This document shows positions 1 to 11,268 of a stretch of DNA of 64,000 bases, piece by piece. The translations under genes were made by a program, and so were the position numbers. The notes under the pieces were generated by a model that ran no database searches, was not told the DNA's origin, and saw only the letters and a list, made by a program, of their open reading frames with translations. Position 1 is the first letter of the stretch. Every line of letters starts with the position of its first letter. Where the stretch lies: the IMG/VR virus record IMGVR_UViG_3300031787_007614, positions 300,405 through 364,404 of that record; one strand, 5' to 3'.

Positions 1-3000
1 ACACTCTTCCATATGCCAACAGTTTGCTGTTTGGTGCAAAAGTTTGGGTTGACGACAATGGAGATGGTTTGTGGCAAGTGATTGAAAAACAAAACATTTT
101 CAGCGAAGTTACTTCAATTGCACCAGAGTATCTAGATGCCACAGAGGCATATGGATCAAGCGTATCTCAGGCCACTAATAGATTTGCTGCTTTAGTCGGC
201 AGCCCAAGATATGGATTTCCAACGTCTGCAAATCCAAAAGGCGGCGTTTACACTTATGTAAGAAGCACAAGCGATGTTTACCAGCCAGCTAGTCCTGTAT
301 CAAGCGGCGATGCGCTATTGACTTTGGATATAACTGGAGCAAGAGCGTATGGTACTTCAGTAAAATTTGGCAACAAAGACTGGGCAGTTGCAGGAGCACC
401 ATTGAGCTTGGGATCAGCCAGTCAAACCAATAACGGCTATGCCTGTGTAATCTATCGTGACACTGGATCTTATTTGCCAGACACCAACCCATATTTTAAT
501 TGGCAACTGTTGACCACTCCTGGTAGTGTGAGTGCAGACCAAGGAAGATTTGGCTATTCTGTAGCAATGAGTCTTGACGAACGTTGGATGTACGTTGGTG
601 CACCTGATGTAAACAAAGTGTATGCTTATGGCCGGGTTGACTGGGAAGATCAGTACTTTAGAACTGTAGGCAACGGATCTACAAAAGTATACTTGATCAA
701 TGATTACATCACTATAAGTGCAGCCACACAATTGCGTGTCACAGTTGATGGTGAGATTCAAACGTTGAACACAGATTACACAGTAAATGCTGCGTTGAAC
801 ACAGTGACATTTGTGTCTGCACCTGTAAGTGGATCTGATATTATCATTCGTCGTATTGCATTGCAAGATCTTGATGGCGCTGATTATTTCAGTGTAACAG
901 CCACTGGTGGATCGGGATCAGGAGCCTTGTTCACAGTTAGCAGACGTCGCGGAACTGTCACAGTTGGCGTTCAAGATGGCGGTACAGGTTATACTGTGGG
1001 CAATACATTGACTATTCCTGCTACCAGTTTTGGCGGCGGCACAGTGCCAGCCAATGATATTACATTTACGGTGGGCAGTGTAATAAGTGGTGAAATTATC
1101 ACTATTAGCACACCATCGTACACACCGCCAGCATTGGCAACTGTATTCTCATTAAATGAATATTTCTATCAAGTTGCACTGACAGACAGCACAATATACA
1201 GTTTTCAAATTGAAGTTGATGGAGTGCTTCAACGACCAAACATTGACTACACATTTAACACTTCAACCAAAGATGTTACCTTCTTGAATTCACCAGCCAG
1301 TGGCACCAGTATTTTGGCTCGAGCCAAAGACTATTGGTTGTATGTTGACACACTCACTGCTGGCGGTCTAGCTGCTGGCGCTCAATTTGGCTACAGCGTG
1401 AGTTGTAGTACTGATGGTCGTCAAGTCATGATTGGTGCGCCGTATGCCACTGCTGATGGAGAAACTGAAGCAGGTGTGGTATATGTGTTTGATCGCAATG
1501 TGCAAAAGTTTATCTGGAACAATGATCCAAGCTCGTCAAGTTTCACGGTGCTAGGTACACCAGTTGCGCCGGTGAGTGTGATTGTAAACAATCAGTTCTT
1601 GACCAATCAAAACTCCACCACACAAGATGCAAGCAATACCTTTACGGTCAATGGATCTACTGTGACTGTGAATCTTGCAAGCAATTTACAATCAGGTGAT
1701 ATTGTTGAAATTGAAACCAATCAGTTTGAACTGTTGCAAATCGTAACACAAGACGCTGTAGCTGAATTTAGCAACTTTGGGCAGAGTGTTGATCTCTGCA
1801 AATACAATTGCAGTCTATACGTTGGCGAACCGCAAAGCAGCATCCAGATTTACAAAGGTGGTGTGGTTGAACGAAGTCTAAATCAAAGCAGAGTGTATGG
1901 TGTAATTACTGCGCTGAATGCCAGTCCTGCCCTCACAGCTGGCAATACTTTGCGGGTGAACAATATGGATGTGGCGGTACCAACAGCACCCAACAACACT
2001 GTGTCTGGTTTGGCCGCAGCCATTAACGCTGCTGTGCCCAATGTAACAGCCACAGTGACCAGTGGCCTGCTCACACTCAGCGTGACAAATTTTGATTCTG
2101 CGCCTGCTGGAAACAAACTACAAGTGGCCCCAGGCAGCATAGGAGCAGCATTTGACAGTCTTGGATTTAACACATTTGAATGGACACAAACAATTCAAAG
2201 CCCGTACCCTGTAAAATTTGCTGGGTTTGGCTCCAGTATCAGCGTTGATGATACTGCAACCACTTTGGTAGTAGGTGCTCCTCGTGGAACCATGTACTTG
2301 ATCACAATATTTGATGACTATGTAGAGTTGTTTGATGCAGGTGCAACATCATTCTTTACCACTATAGATCAAAGTGGTGCTGTTTACACATATGATTTGT
2401 TGAACAGTGCCAACAGTAGCATAACCAATCCAAGCAAGTTTATTTTTGGTAATCAGATTGCCATAACTTCAATTGATTATCTGGATCAGTTGGGAGTTTC
2501 GGTTGACTACACATCTGGAGTGCTTTGGATGGGCGCACCTGGTACAGACTTCGGGGACAGTAGCAGTAGCAATTACGGTCAAGCTCATGTGTGGCAAAAT
2601 GCCACACGATCACCAGCTTGGGCTCCAATTAGAATTGAACAACCAGTTGTTGATGTGCGTCTGTTAAACAGCGTTTTCTTGTATGACAGAATATCATCGG
2701 CCACAACAGAATTTTTAGACTTCTTTAATCCATTGCAAGGCAAGATACTTGGTGCTGCTCGTCAGAACATTGATTACATTGGCGCAGTTGACCCTGGCAG
2801 TTACAATGTAGGACCAGTTGGAGTGCGCGGCACCACCTGGGGCGCAGAACATGTGGGAGAAATTTGGTGGGATATCAGTACAGTAAGATTTATTGATCCC
2901 AACCAAGACGATATTGTTTACGCCAGCCGACGTTGGGGACAAGTGTTTCCTGGCAGCTCAATTGATGTGTATCAGTGGATTGTGAGTTCTGTTCCACCTG

Positions 3001-6000
3001 CTAACTATGCTGGTCCTGGAACACCTTACAGCATATCTAGTTATACTATCAACACTGTGTTAAGTCGAGATGGCAACTTTAACACTCAATACTTTTTCTG
3101 GGTGCGTGGTATCACTGATGTGGCCACACAGAAAAATAAAACTCTTAGTGCAGCAACTATTTCTCAGTATATTGAAAATCCTCGATCAACTGGCATTGCA
3201 TATCTAGCACCAATTAATTCCAGCACAGTTGCATTATACAATTGTGAAACATTAATTGAAGCTGAAGATACCATACTCCACATTGAATTTGATAAAGAAC
3301 TAACCAATGCCAATGTTCACGTGGAATATGAACTGATAGCTCAAGGGCGTGCTGATGGCTTCTTGAGTGATAATCTCTATAGAAAACTACAAGATTCATT
3401 CTGCGGAGTTGACACAGCAGGTAATATAGTGCCAGACATTAATCTGGGGCCAGCTGAACGTTACGGAGTACAATTCCGTCCTCGACAGTCAATGTTTGTT
3501 GATAGATTTGCGGCACTAAAAAATTACATTGTTCGAGCCAATACTGTATTAAAACAGTACACAATAAGTGAAAGCCGTAGCTTTGCTTTGTTAAACAGTG
3601 CTGAACCTGAACTGCCATCTACAACGATAGTTAATGGAGCAACAGTAATTAACTGGAACAAGCGGATACCTAACTTAGAAATTTTAACTTATAATTTTGA
3701 AGCACCTGGCGGCGACGCCATTGGTTACAAATATCTTGTGGTTAGCGACAGTGACAATCGAGGTCTTTGGACAATTTACACTGTAGAAGAAAATCCAAAC
3801 ACTGGCAATCCAGAATTGGTATTGAGTCGAGTGCAAAATTATCGCACAACAGACTACTGGAGTTACATTGACTGGTATCGTCCAGGATACAATTCCAGTA
3901 TCAAACCTGTGGCAGAAGTTCCAACTTATTCTAGCTTGGCAACAATATCTGTGACCACAGGAGCCAGCGTAAAAGTAACTGCAAATGCACAAGGCAAATT
4001 TGAAATTTATCTAAAAACTGATCTTGGATTTGAGCGTGTGGGACTTGAAGATGGAACTATTGCAATTTCTGCAGAAATCTATGATTATGCTCTTGGAAGA
4101 TTTGGATTTGACGTTGAAGTGTTTGATGCACAATACTTTGACCAAGAACCTGTAATTGAAACAAGAAAAATTATCCAAGCTATCAATGAAGAATTGTTTG
4201 TGGATGATTTGGCCATTGAACGAAATCGCAGTTTGACTTTGATGTTTGACTTTATACTCAGCGAGTTTGCTGCTCCTGAATGGCTGGTCAAAACATCACT
4301 GATTGACGTTGATCACAGAATTCGAGAATTGCTGCCATTCCAGAATTACAGCCGTGACAATCAAGAATTTGTGATTGACTACCTTCAAGAAGTAAAACCA
4401 TATCACGTGCAAGTGCGCGAGTTCAATCTCACGTACTTTGGCAACGACTTGTACCAAGGAGATTTAACAGACTTTGACGTTCCAGCGTTTTATAACACCA
4501 CATTACCTGTACCACAATATACAAGTCCTATCTTGTTGCCGTACGCACACAGCGCGGCTCAAATTAGTAACACACTAAGTGATACTGAATCAACTGATCA
4601 AATTTGGACAGAGTGGCCTTACAGTCAGTGGTACAACAATTATCTGTTGAGCGTGGAAACAATTGTTGTTACATTCAACGGAACTGGATACACTACTGCA
4701 CCTCAGGTTACCATAGTAGGAGATGCGGTAACGCCCGCAGAAGCCACTGCTTTGATTAATTCAGCAGGACAAGTAGTAGCAATCAACGTAACCAATCCTG
4801 GCAGCGGATACCAAGCAACTCCCGCCATAGTGTTTTCAGGTGGTAACGGCACAGGCGCTCAAGCCTATGCCAACATGATTAACAGAAACTCAGCTGACTT
4901 TGATGCACAAGTTTACAACGTTAACCCTGCGGTAAATTTTGATCAATGGGAAATTGATACCAATAGCAACATACCTCTTACCACGGTGAGAGCATTCAAA
5001 ACAGTAATCAAGTACGACCGTTATCAGTATCAAACATCAGTACAAACTTGGAGTTCTACTGGAATTTACCTCAACGGAACTTTGGTACGTTATGATGATC
5101 GTGTGTGGAGTGCTGACAGTAGCGACGGAAGTTCAGCTGTGGTTGGCCCTACATTTGATCTTGAAGATTGGGTGGAAGTTGACCCGGGCACATTGAGTGG
5201 TGTAGACCGTACCATGGGCTACTATGTGTCTGGCATTAACTCGCCAGGACTTGAATTGCCTTTGTTGATTGATGGTGTTGACTACCCAGGAGTTCAAGTG
5301 TGGGGTGATTACTTCTTGGGCACAGAAATTGTTGATGCTCAATACGAAAGTGAATTTACAGACATTGAATTAGGGCTACGCAACACAGATGTCAATGTAG
5401 ACGGCGGCGAATTTATTGGGCCTTACGAAGGACATGCGCCAGAAGAATTGGTCAACGGATCAGAGTTTGATACATTGGACATAAGAGTTTATACTCGACC
5501 AGGATCTGACTGGCAAATGGACGGTCATGGATTCCAAATTGGTGTTATCAACTATGTGTACAACCCAGCAACATCTTATATTTTGAGCTGGAGCGGAGTG
5601 GTAGATCATCCAGTGCAAGTACTGGTTAGCAATCAAACGTCAGGGCGTACCATGACATTAGATGTGGATTACTACATCAATTGGGGCAACGAAACTGTAG
5701 AAATTGTTCCTAGCGAAGGATTTGCCACTGATGATGTTGTGAACATTTCAGTATATGAATTAGGTGGCGGCAACCAGTTGTATCGGGACAACTATACTGG
5801 TGCAGAAATTGGAAATTCAGTGATAATTCCAGTAGACGATGCAGAAATCTACACTGTGGCTATTTTTGTCAACGGCGAATCGTCTGCTGTCCCGTCTTGG
5901 GAACCATACTACGATGCAGATGCCTGGAACATTTTGCAAAGTTATCCAATCAACATGGTGGTTATTAATACCAGTGTTTACTACAGATCAATACAGGCAG

Positions 6001-7733
6001 TACCAGAAGGCACTGATATAACTGACACAACGTATTGGGAAGTGTATGTTCCCACATTGTTGACCAAAGTAACTTTGGCCAGTACACCCGGCGATGCTGA
6101 CGGTATCGCATTGGTAGCATTTGGAATTCAAACACCAACACAATACTCATGGTCTACTCCACAAGTTCAATATCAAGTGGTTGATGCAACAGTGATCAGC
6201 ACTAGTGGATTTACATTAGATAATTCTGTTGCAGGAACAAATCCTGCCAACATGATTGTAACAGTAAATGGACTGCGCTTGACTCCCCCAGCTGGCATTG
6301 AGTGGCAGGGAGACGACAGCTCAACCAGTTTTGGCCTGCCACAGAGATTGGGAAGTAGCTTTTTACAATCAACTATTAATGCCATAACAGATATACAAGT
6401 ATACAAAAACAGTGAGTTGCAAGTACAGAGCTTTGGTGCAACAGCTGGTGACTATTCTGTAACCAACTGGGACGGATCTAACACTCCAGGAAGACAAGTG
6501 GTGTTCAATGCTGCGCCAGCGGCTGGTGATACAATTTTAATTTCAGTAAGTACCCTGGCTGATTATAGTCTGGCAGGATCGTTATTGCAACTCAATACAA
6601 CACCACCATTGGATAGCATAATATCAGTAACCACATTCAATGAAACCACTCAGCAAAGTATTGCCACATTAGTGTTTGTTGGACCAATTGTTGAAGGTAT
6701 TACTATTGCAGAACCCTACGACAGCACTGATTTTGATACTGGATCAGTCAGCGGATTGCCAGGATCGTTTGACTACAGCGCAGGTACTGCTATCAGCAAA
6801 AATGATTTTTATCTAGATCGTCCAGGCATTGAAGCAGGCAGACTATGGGTAACATTAGATGGTTATCGTTTGTTTGAAGGTCAAGATTACACTGTGGTAG
6901 ACGACTACATAATTTTGGCCAGTGGTGCAATTGGCACATCTCAAATTTTAGCTGTTACAGAATTTACTGAAAGTCTAGTGCCCGAAGCATCCGCATTCCG
7001 CATATTCCAAGACATGCGTGGAGTTCAAGGAACTTACAGAATTACACCAGCAACCACAACCACGCTAACACAACCTTTGTTGGCTGCTGGCAACACAATT
7101 CATGTGGCTGATGCAAACGCATGTGCTGAACCCAATTTGCCAGAAGGTATATTTGGTATAATTACCATCGACGGTGAGCGAATCATGTACAGAGAGCGCA
7201 ATGTGGGCACACATACCTTGACAGGTCTGCGTCGCGGCACAGCAGGAACAGGTGCAGCCGACCATGAAACTGGCGCAGATGTGTATGACATGAGCCGCGG
7301 CAATTTGTTGGCCGAGCAGTATCAAAACTATGTGGTAAGTGATACCAGTGTTGGCGATGGTTCAACAACAATATTCTATGCCCCAAGTATTGATATCAGT
7401 GACTTTGGTGATTCCAGCAGCATTTACACAGAAACTATAGAAGTATATGTTGGAGGTGTTCGTCAGTATAACTACAGCGATAGTTCTGTATCAATTGAGC
7501 CCGGGCAATATCGTTGGATTGTAACTGATTTTGAACCGCTAGCAATTGAGTTTATTACTGATTCAAACCCAATTGATCCTATGTTAGCACCTCCTCCAGG
7601 CGTGGAAATAACCATATTGCAACGCCGCGGCTTGGGCTGGTACGGAACCGGAATCAAAGTCAATGACGGTTTGGCCCTGCAAGAAACTGACACACCGCAG
7701 GCAAGGTTCTTGACCGGGCGGAACGGAGCATAA
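1..7733 (+). CDS. Giant virion structural protein (baseplate/tail-associated) with FG-GAP-like propeller repeats; 5'-truncated
   Basis: Frame is open from the window start (act ctt cca tat gcc aac agt ttg...). Repeated FGxSVxxSxDxxxxxVGAP motifs, VDGxxQxxxxDYT repeats and GxGY beta-rich modules typical of large-phage structural proteins. Confidence 0.75.
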   Translation, partial: TLPYANSLLFGAKVWVDDNGDGLWQVIEKQNIFSEVTSIAPEYLDATEAYGSSVSQATNRFAALVGSPRYGFPTSANPKGGVYTYVRSTSDVYQPASPVSSGDALLTLDITGARAYGTSVKFGNKDWAVAGAPLSLGSASQTNNGYACVIYRDTGSYLPDTNPYFNWQLLTTPGSVSADQGRFGYSVAMSLDERWMYVGAPDVNKVYAYGRVDWEDQYFRTVGNGSTKVYLINDYITISAATQLRVTVDGEIQTLNTDYTVNAALNTVTFVSAPVSGSDIIIRRIALQDLDGADYFSVTATGGSGSGALFTVSRRRGTVTVGVQDGGTGYTVGNTLTIPATSFGGGTVPANDITFTVGSVISGEIITISTPSYTPPALATVFSLNEYFYQVALTDSTIYSFQIEVDGVLQRPNIDYTFNTSTKDVTFLNSPASGTSILARAKDYWLYVDTLTAGGLAAGAQFGYSVSCSTDGRQVMIGAPYATADGETEAGVVYVFDRNVQKFIWNNDPSSSSFTVLGTPVAPVSVIVNNQFLTNQNSTTQDASNTFTVNGSTVTVNLASNLQSGDIVEIETNQFELLQIVTQDAVAEFSNFGQSVDLCKYNCSLYVGEPQSSIQIYKGGVVERSLNQSRVYGVITALNASPALTAGNTLRVNNMDVAVPTAPNNTVSGLAAAINAAVPNVTATVTSGLLTLSVTNFDSAPAGNKLQVAPGSIGAAFDSLGFNTFEWTQTIQSPYPVKFAGFGSSISVDDTATTLVVGAPRGTMYLITIFDDYVELFDAGATSFFTTIDQSGAVYTYDLLNSANSSITNPSKFIFGNQIAITSIDYLDQLGVSVDYTSGVLWMGAPGTDFGDSSSSNYGQAHVWQNATRSPAWAPIRIEQPVVDVRLLNSVFLYDRISSATTEFLDFFNPLQGKILGAARQNIDYIGAVDPGSYNVGPVGVRGTTWGAEHVGEIWWDISTVRFIDPNQDDIVYASRRWGQVFPGSSIDVYQWIVSSVPPANYAGPGTPYSISSYTINTVLSRDGNFNTQYFFWVRGITDVATQKNKTLSAATISQYIENPRSTGIAYLAPINSSTVALYNCETLIEAEDTILHIEFDKELTNANVHVEYELIAQGRADGFLSDNLYRKLQDSFCGVDTAGNIVPDINLGPAERYGVQFRPRQSMFVDRFAALKNYIVRANTVLKQYTISESRSFALLNSAEPELPSTTIVNGATVINWNKRIPNLEILTYNFEAPGGDAIGYKYLVVSDSDNRGLWTIYTVEENPNTGNPELVLSRVQNYRTTDYWSYIDWYRPGYNSSIKPVAEVPTYSSLATISVTTGASVKVTANAQGKFEIYLKTDLGFERVGLEDGTIAISAEIYDYALGRFGFDVEVFDAQYFDQEPVIETRKIIQAINEELFVDDLAIERNRSLTLMFDFILSEFAAPEWLVKTSLIDVDHRIRELLPFQNYSRDNQEFVIDYLQEVKPYHVQVREFNLTYFGNDLYQGDLTDFDVPAFYNTTLPVPQYTSPILLPYAHSAAQISNTLSDTESTDQIWTEWPYSQWYNNYLLSVETIVVTFNGTGYTTAPQVTIVGDAVTPAEATALINSAGQVVAINVTNPGSGYQATPAIVFSGGNGTGAQAYANMINRNSADFDAQVYNVNPAVNFDQWEIDTNSNIPLTTVRAFKTVIKYDRYQYQTSVQTWSSTGIYLNGTLVRYDDRVWSADSSDGSSAVVGPTFDLEDWVEVDPGTLSGVDRTMGYYVSGINSPGLELPLLIDGVDYPGVQVWGDYFLGTEIVDAQYESEFTDIELGLRNTDVNVDGGEFIGPYEGHAPEELVNGSEFDTLDIRVYTRPGSDWQMDGHGFQIGVINYVYNPATSYILSWSGVVDHPVQVLVSNQTSGRTMTLDVDYYINWGNETVEIVPSEGFATDDVVNISVYELGGGNQLYRDNYTGAEIGNSVIIPVDDAEIYTVAIFVNGESSAVPSWEPYYDADAWNILQSYPINMVVINTSVYYRSIQAVPEGTDITDTTYWEVYVPTLLTKVTLASTPGDADGIALVAFGIQTPTQYSWSTPQVQYQVVDATVISTSGFTLDNSVAGTNPANMIVTVNGLRLTPPAGIEWQGDDSSTSFGLPQRLGSSFLQSTINAITDIQVYKNSELQVQSFGATAGDYSVTNWDGSNTPGRQVVFNAAPAAGDTILISVSTLADYSLAGSLLQLNTTPPLDSIISVTTFNETTQQSIATLVFVGPIVEGITIAEPYDSTDFDTGSVSGLPGSFDYSAGTAISKNDFYLDRPGIEAGRLWVTLDGYRLFEGQDYTVVDDYIILASGAIGTSQILAVTEFTESLVPEASAFRIFQDMRGVQGTYRITPATTTTLTQPLLAAGNTIHVADANACAEPNLPEGIFGIITIDGERIMYRERNVGTHTLTGLRRGTAGTGAADHETGADVYDMSRGNLLAEQYQNYVVSDTSVGDGSTTIFYAPSIDISDFGDSSSIYTETIEVYVGGVRQYNYSDSSVSIEPGQYRWIVTDFEPLAIEFITDSNPIDPMLAPPPGVEITILQRRGLGWYGTGIKVNDGLALQETDTPQARFLTGRNGA

Positions 7734-7736
7734 ATA
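7731..7736 (+). promoter_or_regulatory. TAAATA late-promoter-like motif
   Basis: Ends 7 nt before ATG 7744; the same hexamer recurs at a similar distance before many genes. Confidence 0.5.
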
Positions 7737-7743
7737 ATAGACC

Positions 7744-7893
7744 ATGTCAAATACCGAAGTTAATAAACCTCAGAATCCCAAACCCGCTGATCCACAGCGC
7801 CGCCCAAATGAGCAGGGCACTATTTCTGTGCAGGCTCACATGAGGATTTTTGATCCAAAAACCCAAAAAACTTATGTGGAGGGAAGAGCATGA
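7744..7893 (+). CDS. 49-aa hypothetical protein (not in ORF track)
   Basis: MSNTEVNKPQNPKPADPQRRPNEQGTISVQAHMRIFDPKTQKTYVEGRA; fills the gap exactly, with ATGA overlap onto the next gene. Confidence 0.7.
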   Translation: MSNTEVNKPQNPKPADPQRRPNEQGTISVQAHMRIFDPKTQKTYVEGRA

Positions 7894-8495
7894 TAGTACC
7901 AGGACTGTGCAAAATTGAAGGATTTGTAAAAATACATGACCCAGTTTCGGGCGAAATTTTACTAGATAAAAAGAACGCAATTCACTACGAAAATATATCC
8001 ATTGCCATGGCCCAAACACTGAGCAATAGAGGACTGGGTAGAATATACGAAATGGCATTTGGCAACGGCGGCAGCTCTGTAGATCCCACAGGCGTGATCA
8101 CTTACTTGCCCCCAAATACCACAGGACAAAACGCTGATCTTTATAACGAAACATACGCCAAGGTTGTGGACGATAATGATGCAGCAGACACTGACCCAAC
8201 CAATAATAAAATGACAGTGCTACACACATCGGGCACAGTGTACACAGATATCTTGGTAACTTGTTTGCTGGACTACGGCGAACCACCAGAACAACAGGCT
8301 TTTGATAATTCTACCAATTTCAATGGTGAATTTGTTTTTGACGAACTGGGACTCAAATCCTGGAATGGATCTGCTGACGATTTAAGATTGATTACACATG
8401 TGATTTTTCACCCTGTGCAAAAGAGCTTGAACCGTCAAATTCAGATTGACTACACACTGCGGATACAGACGCTGAGCAACATAAACGCTGTATAA
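7890..8495 (+). CDS. Hypothetical virion (baseplate/tail) protein
   Basis: 201-aa ORF coupled between structural genes; beta-rich composition. Confidence 0.6.
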   Translation: MIVPGLCKIEGFVKIHDPVSGEILLDKKNAIHYENISIAMAQTLSNRGLGRIYEMAFGNGGSSVDPTGVITYLPPNTTGQNADLYNETYAKVVDDNDAADTDPTNNKMTVLHTSGTVYTDILVTCLLDYGEPPEQQAFDNSTNFNGEFVFDELGLKSWNGSADDLRLITHVIFHPVQKSLNRQIQIDYTLRIQTLSNINAV

Positions 8496-8498
8496 ATA
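8491..8498 (+). promoter_or_regulatory. T4-type late promoter TATAAATA
   Basis: Exact TATAAATA upstream of the tail-fibre gene. Confidence 0.65.
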
Positions 8499-8523
8499 TT
8501 CGAACTAGGAACAGGTAACTGAC

Positions 8524-10305
8524 ATGGCATATACAATTACACTAACAGACGGCACAGTTTTTGCAACTATTGCTGATGGTGCAACAAACACCGCAAGCGC
8601 AATGACATTAGTGGGCAAAAACTACGCTGGATACGGTCAATTTTTGGACAATAACTTTGTTCGATTGTTGGAAAATGGATCTAACACTTCGGCGCCCGCT
8701 GCTCCGTTGACCGGACAGTTGTGGTGGGACAAAACCAACAACTTGCTGAAAGTTTACAATGGTTCTGTATTCAAAACTATTAGTGCTGCCACTGCAAGTT
8801 CTAGTGCTCCTGCATCAAACGTCACTGGCGACTTGTGGTATGATACCACTAACCAGCAGCTGAAAGTTTGGACTGGCGCTGCATTTATTGTGGTTGGCCC
8901 AGCATACAGTGCCAGCCAAGGAACGTCAGGTGCAATTCCTGAAACCATTACAGACTCAGTTGGTGGTACAAAATACATTACCAGTTTGTATGTAAACAAC
9001 AACCGTGTGGGTATTGTGTATGATACATCAAGTTTTGTTCCTCAAGCCAGCTTGCAAGCAACATTCCCCACAGTTTATCCTGGCATTACATTAACAGCTA
9101 CTAATAGCCCAATTTTTGCTGGTACTGCAAACAATGCCAGCTACCTTAACAGCTTGACCAGTTCACAATTCATGCGCAGTGATACCAATACTTCTACCAC
9201 TGGTATTTTGCGTGTGTTAAACAATTCAGGATTGTTTGTGGGTGCAACCAACGCATTCAGCGTAACACAAAGTTCAAATGATGCACAAATCCGCGGAGAC
9301 ATTTCAGGCGGCAATTTGATTATTCAAGCCAACGTGGGCGGAACTATCTACAACGTTGCTAGAGCATTAGGAGGCAATGGAACATTTGCAGTGGCCAATG
9401 CTGCCACAGTTGGCACCACACTTGGCGTTACAGGCAACGTCACAGGCGGTAACGTATTAACAGGCGGATTGGTCTCAGCCACAGGCAACGTCACAGGCGG
9501 TAACGTGATTGCAACCACCTTGGTACAAGGTGTCACAGTCAGTGCCAGCGGAAACGTACAAGCTGGCAACTTGCGTACTACTGGCCTGGTGTCGGCCACT
9601 GGTAACATTGATTCAGCTGGTAACATTGCTGGCACTTTCTTCCTTGGTAACGGCAGCCAGCTCACAGGGTTGAGCGCAGCGGTTAGCGTGACCAAGATTG
9701 TTAACGGATCCACTGAAGCCAACATTGGCGCACCAGGTGGTAACGCCAACATTTCTGTAGGCGGAACAGGAAACGTAGCAGTGTTTACAACTTCTGGTGC
9801 AATTCTTACAGGCCTAACTGTGCCTAGTATTGACAAGTCTGGCACAAACGCTGTAGGCAACATTGGGTCATCTGTGAATTATTTTAACCGTGTGTTTGCC
9901 ACAGCTACCACAGCCTTGTACGCTGACGTTGCAGAACGTTTTGAAGCAGACGAGTTACTAGAACCAGGCACTGTGGTTGAACTAGGCGGCACAAAAGAAA
10001 TCACTCGAGCACGTAAAGATCTAAGCGAAAATGTGTTTGGTGTGATAAGTACTAGACCAGCTTATACCATGAACGGTGGCGCAGGCGAGGACGATACACA
10101 TCCTCCAGTTGCAATGACTGGGCGTGTACCAGTTCAAGCAATTGGTGTAATACACAAAGGTGATAGATTGGTCAGCGCAGGCAACGGTGTTGCTCGTGCT
10201 GCACAAGCTGGTGAAGCCACAGCCTTCAATGTAATTGGCCGATCACTAGATAACAAACTAGACGCTGGATTGGGTACAATTGAAGCTATTGTGACAATAA
10301 AATAA
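8524..10305 (+). CDS. Tail fibre protein with C-terminal intramolecular chaperone/autocleavage (peptidase G2-like) domain
   Basis: GQLWWD/GDLWYD motifs; 17-aa ATGNVTGGNV repeats; C-terminal YADVAERFEAD..PGTVVELGG..GVIST.PAY.MN..VAMTGRVPV..KGDRLVS. Confidence 0.75.
   Translation: MAYTITLTDGTVFATIADGATNTASAMTLVGKNYAGYGQFLDNNFVRLLENGSNTSAPAAPLTGQLWWDKTNNLLKVYNGSVFKTISAATASSSAPASNVTGDLWYDTTNQQLKVWTGAAFIVVGPAYSASQGTSGAIPETITDSVGGTKYITSLYVNNNRVGIVYDTSSFVPQASLQATFPTVYPGITLTATNSPIFAGTANNASYLNSLTSSQFMRSDTNTSTTGILRVLNNSGLFVGATNAFSVTQSSNDAQIRGDISGGNLIIQANVGGTIYNVARALGGNGTFAVANAATVGTTLGVTGNVTGGNVLTGGLVSATGNVTGGNVIATTLVQGVTVSASGNVQAGNLRTTGLVSATGNIDSAGNIAGTFFLGNGSQLTGLSAAVSVTKIVNGSTEANIGAPGGNANISVGGTGNVAVFTTSGAILTGLTVPSIDKSGTNAVGNIGSSVNYFNRVFATATTALYADVAERFEADELLEPGTVVELGGTKEITRARKDLSENVFGVISTRPAYTMNGGAGEDDTHPPVAMTGRVPVQAIGVIHKGDRLVSAGNGVARAAQAGEATAFNVIGRSLDNKLDAGLGTIEAIVTIK
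9430..9506 (+). repeat. Two identical 26-nt coding repeats, 51-nt period
   Basis: acaggcaacgtcacaggcggtaacgt at 9430-9455 and 9481-9506. Confidence 0.9.
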
Positions 10306-10317
10306 CGGGATACAAGA

Positions 10318-11268
10318 ATGACATATTCATCAGGCGGCTTAATTCAGGCCACAGATTACAACGGTTTTGTTAGCACCACTGCTGGCGCCAACGTTAACGC
10401 CACCTGGAACACAACATATGGGCAAACAGCAGTAGGCACAGTGAGTGCTGCTGGCACAGTAACAGCCACACAATGGGCCAGCTTGGTAAACACTATCAGC
10501 TCGCAGGCCAGCCATCAAGGCACTACAATTACTGCCAGAAGTGCTCCGACCACAGGAACTCTTGTGAGTGTGTTGGCAGCAGTAAACACTGACCTTACCA
10601 ATACCTACAACAATCGATATCAAGCTGTGGCTGTTGGCTCGCAGTTTACTGGCTGGAGTGGTACAAATTCTAAAACAGCAGCCACATCAGGTGCTACCTG
10701 GACTATTACTTTTACTAATACTGTTACCTTTGCATCATCTGCTGCTGCTCAATATTTTTTCAATGCTGGAGGCTTGGTGAAAATTGACGTGGCCAAATCA
10801 GCAACAGGACAAACAGGCGATCCAGAATGGAATGACTTGGCCTCAACCCTGTGCGGCGATATTTGGATTTCAGGACTGGCATCAGCTCACTCCATCGCTG
10901 GTACATCATACACTGGTGTAACCAAAATTGGCGGAACTGGTACACCAAATACATTGACCACAGGCAACGGTTGGGATGCCCTAACCGCTGGTGGAGCTGC
11001 CGTGATAGTTTACAAACAATTTGCTGACACAGCACCTTACACTGCAAACTTCATTCAGCACTCGCTTGCTAAAAATGCAGGATCAACTGCATTGACTATC
11101 ACCACGCTTTGGTCAGCATCTGACGGCGACCCAATTTCAGGCGGTACGGCTGCTTCAGGTGCAACACCTGGCACAGCGCCTTGTACCATTGTGACCTACT
11201 ATCCACCTAGCACAACATATCTAAGCGCAAGTTGGGGAACCCCTTCAGTCGCCGCAACAACAGCTTAA
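10318..11268 (+). CDS. Putative virion structural/tail protein
   Basis: 316 aa, T/A/G/S-rich, follows the tail fibre. Confidence 0.6.
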   Translation: MTYSSGGLIQATDYNGFVSTTAGANVNATWNTTYGQTAVGTVSAAGTVTATQWASLVNTISSQASHQGTTITARSAPTTGTLVSVLAAVNTDLTNTYNNRYQAVAVGSQFTGWSGTNSKTAATSGATWTITFTNTVTFASSAAAQYFFNAGGLVKIDVAKSATGQTGDPEWNDLASTLCGDIWISGLASAHSIAGTSYTGVTKIGGTGTPNTLTTGNGWDALTAGGAAVIVYKQFADTAPYTANFIQHSLAKNAGSTALTITTLWSASDGDPISGGTAASGATPGTAPCTIVTYYPPSTTYLSASWGTPSVAATTA

